In this document: piece after piece, positions 1-7,286 of the stretch
Position numbering within the stretch: the first letter of the stretch is position 1
Layout of the letters: the number at the start of each line of letters is the position of its first letter
IMG/VR virus record: IMGVR_UViG_3300042914_001978
Length of the DNA: 20,000 nt
Direction: 5' to 3' (one strand)
From: an uncultured virus (IMG/VR IMGVR_UViG_3300042914_001978)
Lineage: Duplodnaviria > Heunggongvirae > Uroviricota > Caudoviricetes
Position numbers and translations under genes: made by a program
The notes under the pieces: generated by a model
Told to the model about the DNA's origin: nothing
Databases searched by the model: none
Seen by the model: only the letters and a program-made list of their open reading frames with translations

Positions 1-594
1 ATCAATATGGAAGCTGTTTGGTTTGTCCCAAGACATGCCATCGCGAAACTGTTTTTCAATGTGCTTCTTTAAAAAAGCATAAGAGCATCCAATAAGTTCT
101 CGCGTTTTATGAGATTTTTTGATGTTTGATAGTCTTAAGGCAGACGTTATTCTACTTCTTACTCTTAAAGATAGACAAAATTGAGGATCTTTTACTCTTC
201 TTTCTTGAAAATATTTATTAGTTCTTTTTTTAACTTCTGGGCGTCTTCGATATTCATACATTTTGACTTTTTTTCTTTCTTTGGCGTGTGGTCTTTTTGC
301 CCATTCTAATTTTGAAATTTTTACTTTTTCTTTGTGTTTTTGGCGATACCACTCCATGTATTTCCTAACCCGTTCTTTGTTTTCAGGAAGGTTTCTTTTT
401 CTGGTTAATTCTTCTTTTCTTTGTTGATACCTTTGAGCCTCCCTTTTAAGTTTTTGATGCTGTCTTTTTTGAAACTTCTCTACTTCAAGCCAAATTTCAC
501 CGAGTTCAGCTTTATTCTTGTATTTTAAGTATTCCCAGAATATCTTTCCGTCTTCGCGAGTATCACCTTTTTTGTGTTTTTTATCAGTTTCCAT
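1..594 (-). CDS. HNH-type (endonuclease VII-like) putative homing endonuclease, 3'-truncated by the window edge; absent from the ORF track
   Basis: Manual translation from ATG at 594 is open to position 1 (198 codons): METDKKHKKGDTREDGKIFWEY...Lys/Arg-rich helix...KDPQFCLSLRVRSRITSALR...TRELIGCSYAFLKKHIEKQFRDGMSWDKPNSFHID. The LIGCS..L..HIE.QF..GMSW....HID pattern precedes the HIDH motif of a common viral HNH family. The catalytic C-terminus lies outside the window. Confidence 0.8.
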   Translation of the reverse strand, partial: METDKKHKKGDTREDGKIFWEYLKYKNKAELGEIWLEVEKFQKRQHQKLKREAQRYQQRKEELTRKRNLPENKERVRKYMEWYRQKHKEKVKISKLEWAKRPHAKERKKVKMYEYRRRPEVKKRTNKYFQERRVKDPQFCLSLRVRSRITSALRLSNIKKSHKTRELIGCSYAFLKKHIEKQFRDGMSWDKPNSFHID

Positions 595-642
595 GATTCA
601 TTATCATAATAGCTGGTTTTACACCGAACTCAATAAAGAATC

Positions 643-671
643 TTGATAAACTGTTGATTATAGAATAGATT
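643..671 (+). promoter_or_regulatory. sigma70-type promoter, probably producing a leaderless mRNA for the 810-aa gene
   Basis: TTGATA (643-648), 17 nt, TAGATT (666-671), then 7 nt to the ATG at 679. No Shine-Dalgarno. Confidence 0.5.
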
Positions 672-678
672 ATATTTA

Positions 679-3111
679 ATGGAACAACCGCCCCTAAACC
701 GCTCCTACGTTATTTCTTATGCGGCGAACGATAGAGACTTTCCAACGATTGGACTGAGAGCAGATCCCCGTGTTGCGGGGTATCGGGTGCCAGAGGATTT
801 AAGTCCCCATCCTGATAGCAAGCGTTATCCTAACCATGTCTTTACAGGTTCCCAGCCTTCCAATGGGGACGAGCGGGTTACCCACATTTACGAGATCCTA
901 CCTTCTCCTTGGGTGCCGTTTACCCGCTACGATGACGATCTGGGCCCGATTCAGGGAAGGCGCAGGGCAGTCAAAAACGAGAACCAACAAGCCAGTCTAG
1001 CCACCGATAAAAAGGTTTCCTATGAGGGTCGCGAGGGTTCGGCAATTGTTTCAAATGAGATTGAAGAAACTTGGTCAATCAAGACTGATGAAGATGGCAA
1101 CTCTCTTTTTCCTATTCGGGATCGGGATTTTTATGATGCATCCCGTGGCCCCGTTCAAGAACGCCGTCAACTCTTCGTGCCTACGGGAGAAGAAGAGGGA
1201 AGCCTAGAAAATATCAACGGAGTTATTACCCAGACCTCCTACGAACCTTACAACGAATTTCTTTCGGTCAAGATTGTCCAGACCTACAAGGTGGATGGTC
1301 CGCAACTGATCGGCAAAGCAACCAATGAAGAAGGACAATTGGTTACAATAACAACCCAAAGAAAGGCAGCATTGGGATATGTTCCGCCAAATCCGACCTC
1401 AACCAAGATCGTTGAAGTTTCTCGCGAGGATGCCGAATCCTTAGTTGAACGCATTGTTGACACACCCGAAGTTTTCGGAGCCAGAATTTACCGCAAAACA
1501 AAAGAAGACCTTACCCCGCAAAAATTTAGAGCTTCCCAAGAAGATCTCACATTTGAGCAGACAATTGCTGGAACAGCTAACCCAAATATCATTTTACTTT
1601 CTGGAGAGTTTGCCAAAAGCGAACAGCAGGTTACAAAATTTGTTAAGAGGGTTTCCACAACTTCAAGAGCGATTACCGAAGCAGTAACATTGGTTGAGAG
1701 CGTTTTAACTCCAGACGGCCAAGTTGGAACAAGAACGCTAACCCTTGATAGTGATCCACAGGAATTTGTGCCGTCCGCACTTTTAATTGATGCCAGTATT
1801 GAAAACTTAGGTGATGGAAGAACTGTAAAAACAGAAACGGTTGTTCCACAAGTTTTTTCAGCAAAAACAATTCAAAAAACCAAGTTGGATAATGTTCCAG
1901 AAAAATTTAAAGTATTAAAACCAGAAATAATTACAGAAGAAACAGTAGAGGGAACCATTACTGAACCATCTCTTGGCAATGAAGACCTATCAAAATCAGA
2001 ACAACAAGTAAATAAATTTTTAAAACGAGTCAGAACAATAAAAAGAGACAACTCAACCACGGGAACAATAGAGGGTAAAATTTTTACAACAGAGCTTGGA
2101 GGAGGGTACGCCAGAGTAATAGAAACCTACCCATTTGGTGGTGGAGAAACTTCATCTCCAGCTTTTGGAACAATTGATGAACAAATAGAAAATTTGGGGG
2201 ATGGAAAAAAATATAGCAGAAAAACAATACTGGATACGCCGCTTCCAAGGCTAAGTGGACAAGATTACGATCAAGAGCTTGATATTGTTATTCCATATAA
2301 ACAGTTTTTTGCAGAAGCTAATACCAACTCTGCAACAGGAGAAAGAAAAAGAGTTACTCCGAGAGACTTAAAGCATAGCCAAGTTGTTGAATATGATGTC
2401 GCAGAAGCCCAAGAAGCCCTAGATAACTACTACTGGGAAATTCCAGACATGGTAAGCATCTCACTTCCAAATAAACTTATTTCTGTTGTAGCTGTTATTC
2501 AGCGTTCAACAGGAGAGTCAGAAGGCACGGGATTTGGAGACACTTATTTTTATACCACATCAAATTCAAATTCATCACGAGGAAAGGTTATCTACAACAT
2601 AGAAGAGGGCTTTAATGGAAATATACCTGCAATTAGAGCGGTTTTTTTCCTGCCTAAAGAATCATCAAGTCCAGAAAATGTTTTAGCAGTAGTTCAAGCT
2701 AAAAGTGCAGTAGATGGGTTTTTCCCCAACGCAAGACCCCAATCACATGAGCTTGTGGTTTTTGGAAGCTCTGAAGATGTTTCCGAATCAAAAAGCGTGT
2801 CATTTACTTCTGGATCAGATAGTTCGTCGAAATCTGCTTCTTTTTCTATAGACTCAACAACAATACCTTCGACCATTCACGAAAGATTGACAGTTGGTTC
2901 AAATATAGATGATCTAAATCCAGATAATAACAACTCTCCACAAGGTTCAAGCATTAGTGCCGCAGTTCGTCCAAACATCCTTGAAGCAACTAATCCATTC
3001 CCTGTTTTTCCAACTGGAAAATTTTTGTATCAAATAAATTCAACACCTTATAGATTTAGCTATGTTAGGGTTGAGGCTATTATTGTAAAAATAACAGAAG
3101 AATATGTTTAA
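679..3111 (+). CDS. 810-aa protein built of degenerate ~55-70-aa beta-rich repeats; probable virion/tail structural protein
   Basis: Long ORF with a clear ~127-aa internal duplication (PEVF..KTK..KSEQQVTKFVKRV..IENLGDG vs PQVF..KTK..KSEQQVNKFLKRV..IENLGDG) and a Ser-rich C-terminal part. The function is inferred. Confidence 0.55.
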   Translation: MEQPPLNRSYVISYAANDRDFPTIGLRADPRVAGYRVPEDLSPHPDSKRYPNHVFTGSQPSNGDERVTHIYEILPSPWVPFTRYDDDLGPIQGRRRAVKNENQQASLATDKKVSYEGREGSAIVSNEIEETWSIKTDEDGNSLFPIRDRDFYDASRGPVQERRQLFVPTGEEEGSLENINGVITQTSYEPYNEFLSVKIVQTYKVDGPQLIGKATNEEGQLVTITTQRKAALGYVPPNPTSTKIVEVSREDAESLVERIVDTPEVFGARIYRKTKEDLTPQKFRASQEDLTFEQTIAGTANPNIILLSGEFAKSEQQVTKFVKRVSTTSRAITEAVTLVESVLTPDGQVGTRTLTLDSDPQEFVPSALLIDASIENLGDGRTVKTETVVPQVFSAKTIQKTKLDNVPEKFKVLKPEIITEETVEGTITEPSLGNEDLSKSEQQVNKFLKRVRTIKRDNSTTGTIEGKIFTTELGGGYARVIETYPFGGGETSSPAFGTIDEQIENLGDGKKYSRKTILDTPLPRLSGQDYDQELDIVIPYKQFFAEANTNSATGERKRVTPRDLKHSQVVEYDVAEAQEALDNYYWEIPDMVSISLPNKLISVVAVIQRSTGESEGTGFGDTYFYTTSNSNSSRGKVIYNIEEGFNGNIPAIRAVFFLPKESSSPENVLAVVQAKSAVDGFFPNARPQSHELVVFGSSEDVSESKSVSFTSGSDSSSKSASFSIDSTTIPSTIHERLTVGSNIDDLNPDNNNSPQGSSISAAVRPNILEATNPFPVFPTGKFLYQINSTPYRFSYVRVEAIIVKITEEYV

Positions 3112-3586
3112 ACAACCCATATCTCCATTTACGCCGTATGTAATTCCAAGAACACCGAACATTGGCGCTGATTCAAAAACAAATAATTTTTTATCTGCTA
3201 AATCTGGAGCCAGTAGCGAAGAAAATCCTTCAAGATTTCTTGAATGGAAAGAACAGCCCAATATACCCACTGGTGAAGATAACGATATGCTTAAATGGTC
3301 TGGAGAAGAATGGGTTGCTTTCTCGCCCTCTGGATCAGAGGAAGAGCCACATTATCTTAATTACGATGGTGAAGAGTTAAGTTGGTCGCCAGTTAAATCA
3401 TCCTTTGAAAAGGGAAAAAATAAAGGAGACATTCTTTATTGGGATCCAGAAGCTGGAGAAGATGAAGAGGGCGATTGGGTGGTTTTGCAGGCTCCAGCAA
3501 ACTCAAGCATCGCTATACAAGAATTTTTAATATGTGAAGACGGTGAGGCCGCAACAAAGCATATGTTGGTTTGGGAGACAACATAA
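3104..3586 (+). CDS. hypothetical protein with short tail-fibre-like Trp repeats
   Basis: Overlaps the upstream stop by 8 nt. Repeated motifs DMLKWSGEEW, YLNYDGEELSW and GDILYWD..GDWVVL resemble short beta-repeats of phage fibre proteins. Acidic. Confidence 0.5.
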   Translation: MFKQPISPFTPYVIPRTPNIGADSKTNNFLSAKSGASSEENPSRFLEWKEQPNIPTGEDNDMLKWSGEEWVAFSPSGSEEEPHYLNYDGEELSWSPVKSSFEKGKNKGDILYWDPEAGEDEEGDWVVLQAPANSSIAIQEFLICEDGEAATKHMLVWETT

Positions 3587-3615
3587 AACTAATAGCGCCA
3601 AAGTAATAATTAATT

Positions 3616-4260
3616 ATGGAGGAGGCATTTAGATTTTTTGGTTTATTTCCATTTTGTCCAAAGAAAGAAGGATTGGACGAAATTAGCGGTGTTGACATGT
3701 CATTAGATGATGCCATGTTTTTATATTGGAAAGCGAAAAGCGTACAAGTTAATGTAAACTTTTCTTATCTTGGATATCCAAGCCCGCCATCAGTAGAAAA
3801 TTTAACTACAATTTTTGATAACATTAATGAAGAAAAAGAAATATCACCATCATCTATCCAAGAAAGGGTATGTTATAACTCAATAAAAATTTCAAGTTTT
3901 GATGGAGATGAGTTTCCCTTTCCTGTTGAAGACTTTGAATACCTTATAACTTTTTTCGCAGATGCTCGCCCATTTGATCCTAATGAGTATCCACAAGCTA
4001 CGACAAATTATCCAATTACTGAATCCAGCACCATAAGGGTCCATATGCAAATTGATATGAGAAATGGTGGATATTACACAAAAATGATTTCTGGTAATCC
4101 TCCATTTGCTGGACAGTTTAATTTTTCTTTTCCAACATATTTGAATGTTAATGGAAATCAATACACCATAAATACAACTCAAACAGTATCTGGACTTCCA
4201 TTTGCAGAATCTCCAGATAATCCAAATCTTCAATACAGTGCAACCATATCAGTCACATGA
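3616..4260 (+). CDS. hypothetical protein (beta-rich, possibly structural)
   Basis: 214-aa ORF in operon arrangement, with ATGA overlap with the next gene. No recognisable motif. Confidence 0.6.
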   Translation: MEEAFRFFGLFPFCPKKEGLDEISGVDMSLDDAMFLYWKAKSVQVNVNFSYLGYPSPPSVENLTTIFDNINEEKEISPSSIQERVCYNSIKISSFDGDEFPFPVEDFEYLITFFADARPFDPNEYPQATTNYPITESSTIRVHMQIDMRNGGYYTKMISGNPPFAGQFNFSFPTYLNVNGNQYTINTTQTVSGLPFAESPDNPNLQYSATISVT

Positions 4261-5006
4261 AATTTTGGTTTGCTTATTCGCATAGGCCAGAAATTTATGG
4301 TGAAGAAATGTTGTTTCTTTTTCTTGCAAACAACATGAACCTTCAAAGCGGAAATTCAATAGGATTGATTGCAAGCAAGGAGGACAAAAAATTTCTTGAG
4401 TCTTTTGGTTGTCGATACAAAGAATTTATTGAGGCAGATTTAACTGGAAAAAATGGAGCCTTAATTAAAATTGAAGCTATCCAAAAATTTTTGCCAGATG
4501 GAGATGCCCTTATTGATGGAGATGTTTTTTTAAGCAAAAAATTAAATCTCAACCCATCTTATGCTTGGGTTCTTAATTATGAACCATTATATTTTTTCAA
4601 AAAGTATAATGACGACTATCTCAAACAATGCGTTCCAACAGGAAATAGAACAATTAATGCAGGATTATTATACGCTCCCAAAGATCACTTTAGGGAATAT
4701 GCAAGACAAGCCGAACATCTTGCAAAACAAGAAAAGTGCATTGGGCATACATATGAACAAATGTTTTTTTTAAAATATTGCCAAGACAAAAATATTGAAA
4801 TTTTTGCAATTTACCCAAAAGAAGTCCACCTTAAATCAGAAGTTGAAATTATGTGGCAAGAAAGCGGTGTGCGACATCCGTTTTGTTATAAATGTTCATT
4901 GATAGAAACTCAACGCTGTATTCAAATTGCCATGAAATTTGGAAATAAAGAAGATATAAAAAAATTTATTATTCAAAAACGGCCATATTATAAAACAATG
5001 ATTTAA
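4257..5006 (+). CDS. putative GT-A-fold glycosyltransferase (nucleotide-diphospho-sugar transferase-like)
   Basis: K(IEAI)...LIDGDVFL (DxD motif), INAGLLY, EQ and a late H occur in the order typical of GT8-like GT-A enzymes. Confidence 0.6.
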   Translation: MKFWFAYSHRPEIYGEEMLFLFLANNMNLQSGNSIGLIASKEDKKFLESFGCRYKEFIEADLTGKNGALIKIEAIQKFLPDGDALIDGDVFLSKKLNLNPSYAWVLNYEPLYFFKKYNDDYLKQCVPTGNRTINAGLLYAPKDHFREYARQAEHLAKQEKCIGHTYEQMFFLKYCQDKNIEIFAIYPKEVHLKSEVEIMWQESGVRHPFCYKCSLIETQRCIQIAMKFGNKEDIKKFIIQKRPYYKTMI

Positions 5007-5293
5007 ATTTTTGGCCTGACAAATACCATCTCGCGGGTTTTACCAGTTTGAATAACCTTTTTCTTTATCGACTCCATCTTGTCGCTATTAGCCAACTCCA
5101 ACACCCTCTGCCTTGATAGGCTGGTCATTCGGGCGACATCCCGAACCGTCTTCCATCCTTCGGCCTCCATGGCTTCAATTGTGGTCTTGGTGTTGTCTTC
5201 CCTGAAAGACTCCCAGACGCTATCCCATGACGGGACTACAATTTTATCATCGGAGCCTTTTGCTCTTCCAGTTTTGCTATGATGGGTTGCCAT
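5003..5293 (-). CDS. small helix-turn-helix (excisionase/MerR-like winged) DNA-binding protein
   Basis: WKTVRDVARMTSLSRQRVLELANSDK followed by a basic beta-wing (KKKVIQTGKTREMVFVRP). The start is uncertain because it overlaps the upstream gene by 58 nt. Confidence 0.5.
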   Translation of the reverse strand: MATHHSKTGRAKGSDDKIVVPSWDSVWESFREDNTKTTIEAMEAEGWKTVRDVARMTSLSRQRVLELANSDKMESIKKKVIQTGKTREMVFVRPKI

Positions 5294-6024
5294 GTGTATG
5301 TTCCTTTGTTAACGGTGAAAGTGACGAAACCGAAGTCCACAATACCCGTGCAGCGTCTGGCTCCGTAGCGACTACCGAATCCTTGTAGGGCTGGGGTGGT
5401 CATAGCCAGCCAGTCTGGGCCTCCAGCAAAGTTATGGTAGTGGACATGGGATCTGATAAATACATCTCCCTTGGGCTGCAACTCTTTTTCGGCCCATATA
5501 AGGTTCCAGAGGCGGTCTCTGGCCACTCCGCTATGGCGACCGTGGGGAATGCCGCTGGAGCCTGCTGGGTGGTGTTTAAGGTCAAACACAACCCCTTCTA
5601 CATCCACCCACTCATGTTCTCCAATTGCGGCGTCTACACGCTCTGCGATGATGTTTTCCCAATCCTCCGAATCTCCCGTATGGTAAGGGGTTCCACGGGT
5701 AATCACAATGGAACAGTTTTTAGATTTCGGGATTTCGCGGATAATCTTAACCGCCATATCGCACTGCTCTTCCATGTCGGTAGTGATCTGTTCTGTTCCG
5801 CCCGACTTCTTACCAGTCCCATCTACGAGATCCCCGTTGATAAAGATGATATCGTATGGGCCGTTTTTGCGGATGTTCTGGCTATACCAATTGTAGTAGG
5901 CTTTGTTGGCATTGACCCAACGTGCCCGCTCGTCTGCTGGCTCTTCAGGTAGATAACCCTTTGGGGTTAGTCCGACCTTGTGGCCGCAATGGAAGTCCGA
6001 AAGGACTGCTATTTTTTTACTCAT
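5236..6024 (-). CDS. calcineurin-like metallophosphoesterase
   Basis: Motifs in canonical order: SDFHCG (DxH), NGDLVDG (GDxxD), RGTPYH (variant of GNH), KHH and RSHVH (variant of GHxH). Confidence 0.85.
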   Translation of the reverse strand: MSKKIAVLSDFHCGHKVGLTPKGYLPEEPADERARWVNANKAYYNWYSQNIRKNGPYDIIFINGDLVDGTGKKSGGTEQITTDMEEQCDMAVKIIREIPKSKNCSIVITRGTPYHTGDSEDWENIIAERVDAAIGEHEWVDVEGVVFDLKHHPAGSSGIPHGRHSGVARDRLWNLIWAEKELQPKGDVFIRSHVHYHNFAGGPDWLAMTTPALQGFGSRYGARRCTGIVDFGFVTFTVNKGTYTWQPIIAKLEEQKAPMIKL

Positions 6025-6623
6025 AGAGAGGTTGCTTGGTTACAGAGATCCAGACACCGTGCGTAGCCGCAAATATCTGCGACTGAGTCCCGATGACGGG
6101 GTGAGTTGGTAAGTCTGGAGAGTTTGACGGCGATCATGCACATGGCGATTTGTTGCGGGGTTACATTGACTCCAAGGATGGCTCCCCACATCTTGGCTTG
6201 TTTGGTAAAGTCATCAATCGGGCTTCCGTAGTCGCTTTGGCGATCATAGGAAGTAAGACGTTTGGCGATGTCGCACACATCTTCTTTCTCCAATTTAACC
6301 ATGGAAGGGTAAAGACGCAAGGGTTTTTCCAGCCATTGGGCTACGGCGACTTCCGCTCTGGCTCCTTTGGATTTCTCCCACTTCGGAAGAAGAACCAACT
6401 CATCGCACTCAAAGACCGCATCAATGTCTCTTCGGGCGGCTTCCTCAATAAACTTCCCGTCCATTTGAGAATTGTGTGGATCTAGTCCAAGATTCTGATC
6501 CATTCTTGCTGGGTTAATTACTTGATGTCCCGCCTTGAGCAAGGCTTCTTCAGCTTCAAAAAAGGCAGGGTGGTTTAATTTTGGGTAGCCCCTCATAGGG
6601 CCACAGATATATACTGTAGTCAT
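6021..6623 (-). CDS. DUF4406 (nucleoside 2-deoxyribosyltransferase-like) fused to a DUF6378-like helical domain
   Basis: N-domain VYICGPMRG..F..A...L..G..VINPA..RDID..CD..LLP.WEKSKGARAE. C-domain AKRLT..DRQSDYGSP.DDF...A.MW..ILG..VTPQQIAMCMI.VKLSR....HRDS.ADICGYA. The start was moved to ATG 6623, just after the upstream stop at 6637. Confidence 0.8.
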   Translation of the reverse strand: MTTVYICGPMRGYPKLNHPAFFEAEEALLKAGHQVINPARMDQNLGLDPHNSQMDGKFIEEAARRDIDAVFECDELVLLPKWEKSKGARAEVAVAQWLEKPLRLYPSMVKLEKEDVCDIAKRLTSYDRQSDYGSPIDDFTKQAKMWGAILGVNVTPQQIAMCMIAVKLSRLTNSPRHRDSVADICGYARCLDLCNQATSL

Positions 6624-6636
6624 GGTTGTGTGGTTG

Positions 6637-6858
6637 TTAGTGGATGGTGATGCCGTAGTCGGCAATCAAGCTGTAAAGAACTTGTCTAACTTTTTCAATA
6701 GTTGCCCCATCCCAATCGGGATGAGAATTATACTTAAGATGAGAGCGAAGCTCGTCATCAAAATGCCCAAGAACACAGCGAAAATCGCTTGCTTTGCAAG
6801 CATCTTCAAACTCCTGTTGTTCTTCTGGAAGGGTGAAGGATAGGGTTCCATTGGCCAT
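6637..6858 (-). CDS. small phage hypothetical protein
   Basis: 73 aa (TLSFTLPEEQQEFEDA..ELRSHLKY). Tiles between neighbours with 10-13-nt spacers. Confidence 0.65.
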   Translation of the reverse strand: MANGTLSFTLPEEQQEFEDACKASDFRCVLGHFDDELRSHLKYNSHPDWDGATIEKVRQVLYSLIADYGITIH

Positions 6859-6868
6859 TGTGTGTAGT

Positions 6869-7129
6869 TTATGTGTCTTTGATTACTTTTTCTAAATCCC
6901 CGTCATCCAAGTCGTCGTCGTCCTCATCCTCTTCTTGTCCATAGAGAATGTCATGGATATTGGATACAATGCCTTCGATGGCATAATCATTTCCAAACTT
7001 GAGGAAGGCATTTTTGGTTTCGGTGCCGTCCTGAAAGGTGGCAACGACAAAGCCCGAATCAAAGTATTCAACCAAATCGCGACATAGTTTGTCCAATACC
7101 TTCTGGAGTCTCTGGTCATGAGATGCCAT
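6869..7129 (-). CDS. hypothetical protein with an acidic C-terminal tail
   Basis: ATG at 7129 lies 4 nt after the stop of the zinc-ribbon ORF. MASHDQRLQ...QEEDEDDDDLDDGDLE, 86 aa. Confidence 0.65.
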   Translation of the reverse strand: MASHDQRLQKVLDKLCRDLVEYFDSGFVVATFQDGTETKNAFLKFGNDYAIEGIVSNIHDILYGQEEDEDDDDLDDGDLEKVIKDT

Positions 7130-7133
7130 TGGT

Positions 7134-7286
7134 CTAGTCTTGGGTTTCTCCGCAATGCTTGCATCGGATAATATTGACGCCTCCCATTGATAAACGTTCA
7201 ATCTTTTCCGACCCACAGTAGAAACAGGTTTTGCTTTCGGGCTTGCGGTAGATCTTTTTCTTTCGGGGCTTGGGCTGGTCTTTCAT
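7134..7286 (-). CDS. 50-aa zinc-ribbon protein; absent from the ORF track
   Basis: MKDQPKPRKKKIYRKPESKTCFYCGSEKIERLSMGGVNIIRCKHCGETQD*, with two CxxC pairs. ATGA overlap with the endolysin stop. Confidence 0.7.
   Translation of the reverse strand: MKDQPKPRKKKIYRKPESKTCFYCGSEKIERLSMGGVNIIRCKHCGETQD

Noticed and set aside
5434..6485. Plus-strand ORFs 5434-5952 and 6150-6485
   Set aside because: They are antisense to well-supported enzyme genes and lack protein-like features.
6624..6665. Longer start for the DUF4406 fusion (MPTTASP...)
   Set aside because: It overlaps the upstream gene, and the domain begins at MTTVYICGP (6623).
7130..7216. N-terminal extension of the 6869..7216 ORF
   Set aside because: It overlaps the zinc-ribbon ORF in another frame. 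ATG 7129 follows that ORF's stop by 4 nt.
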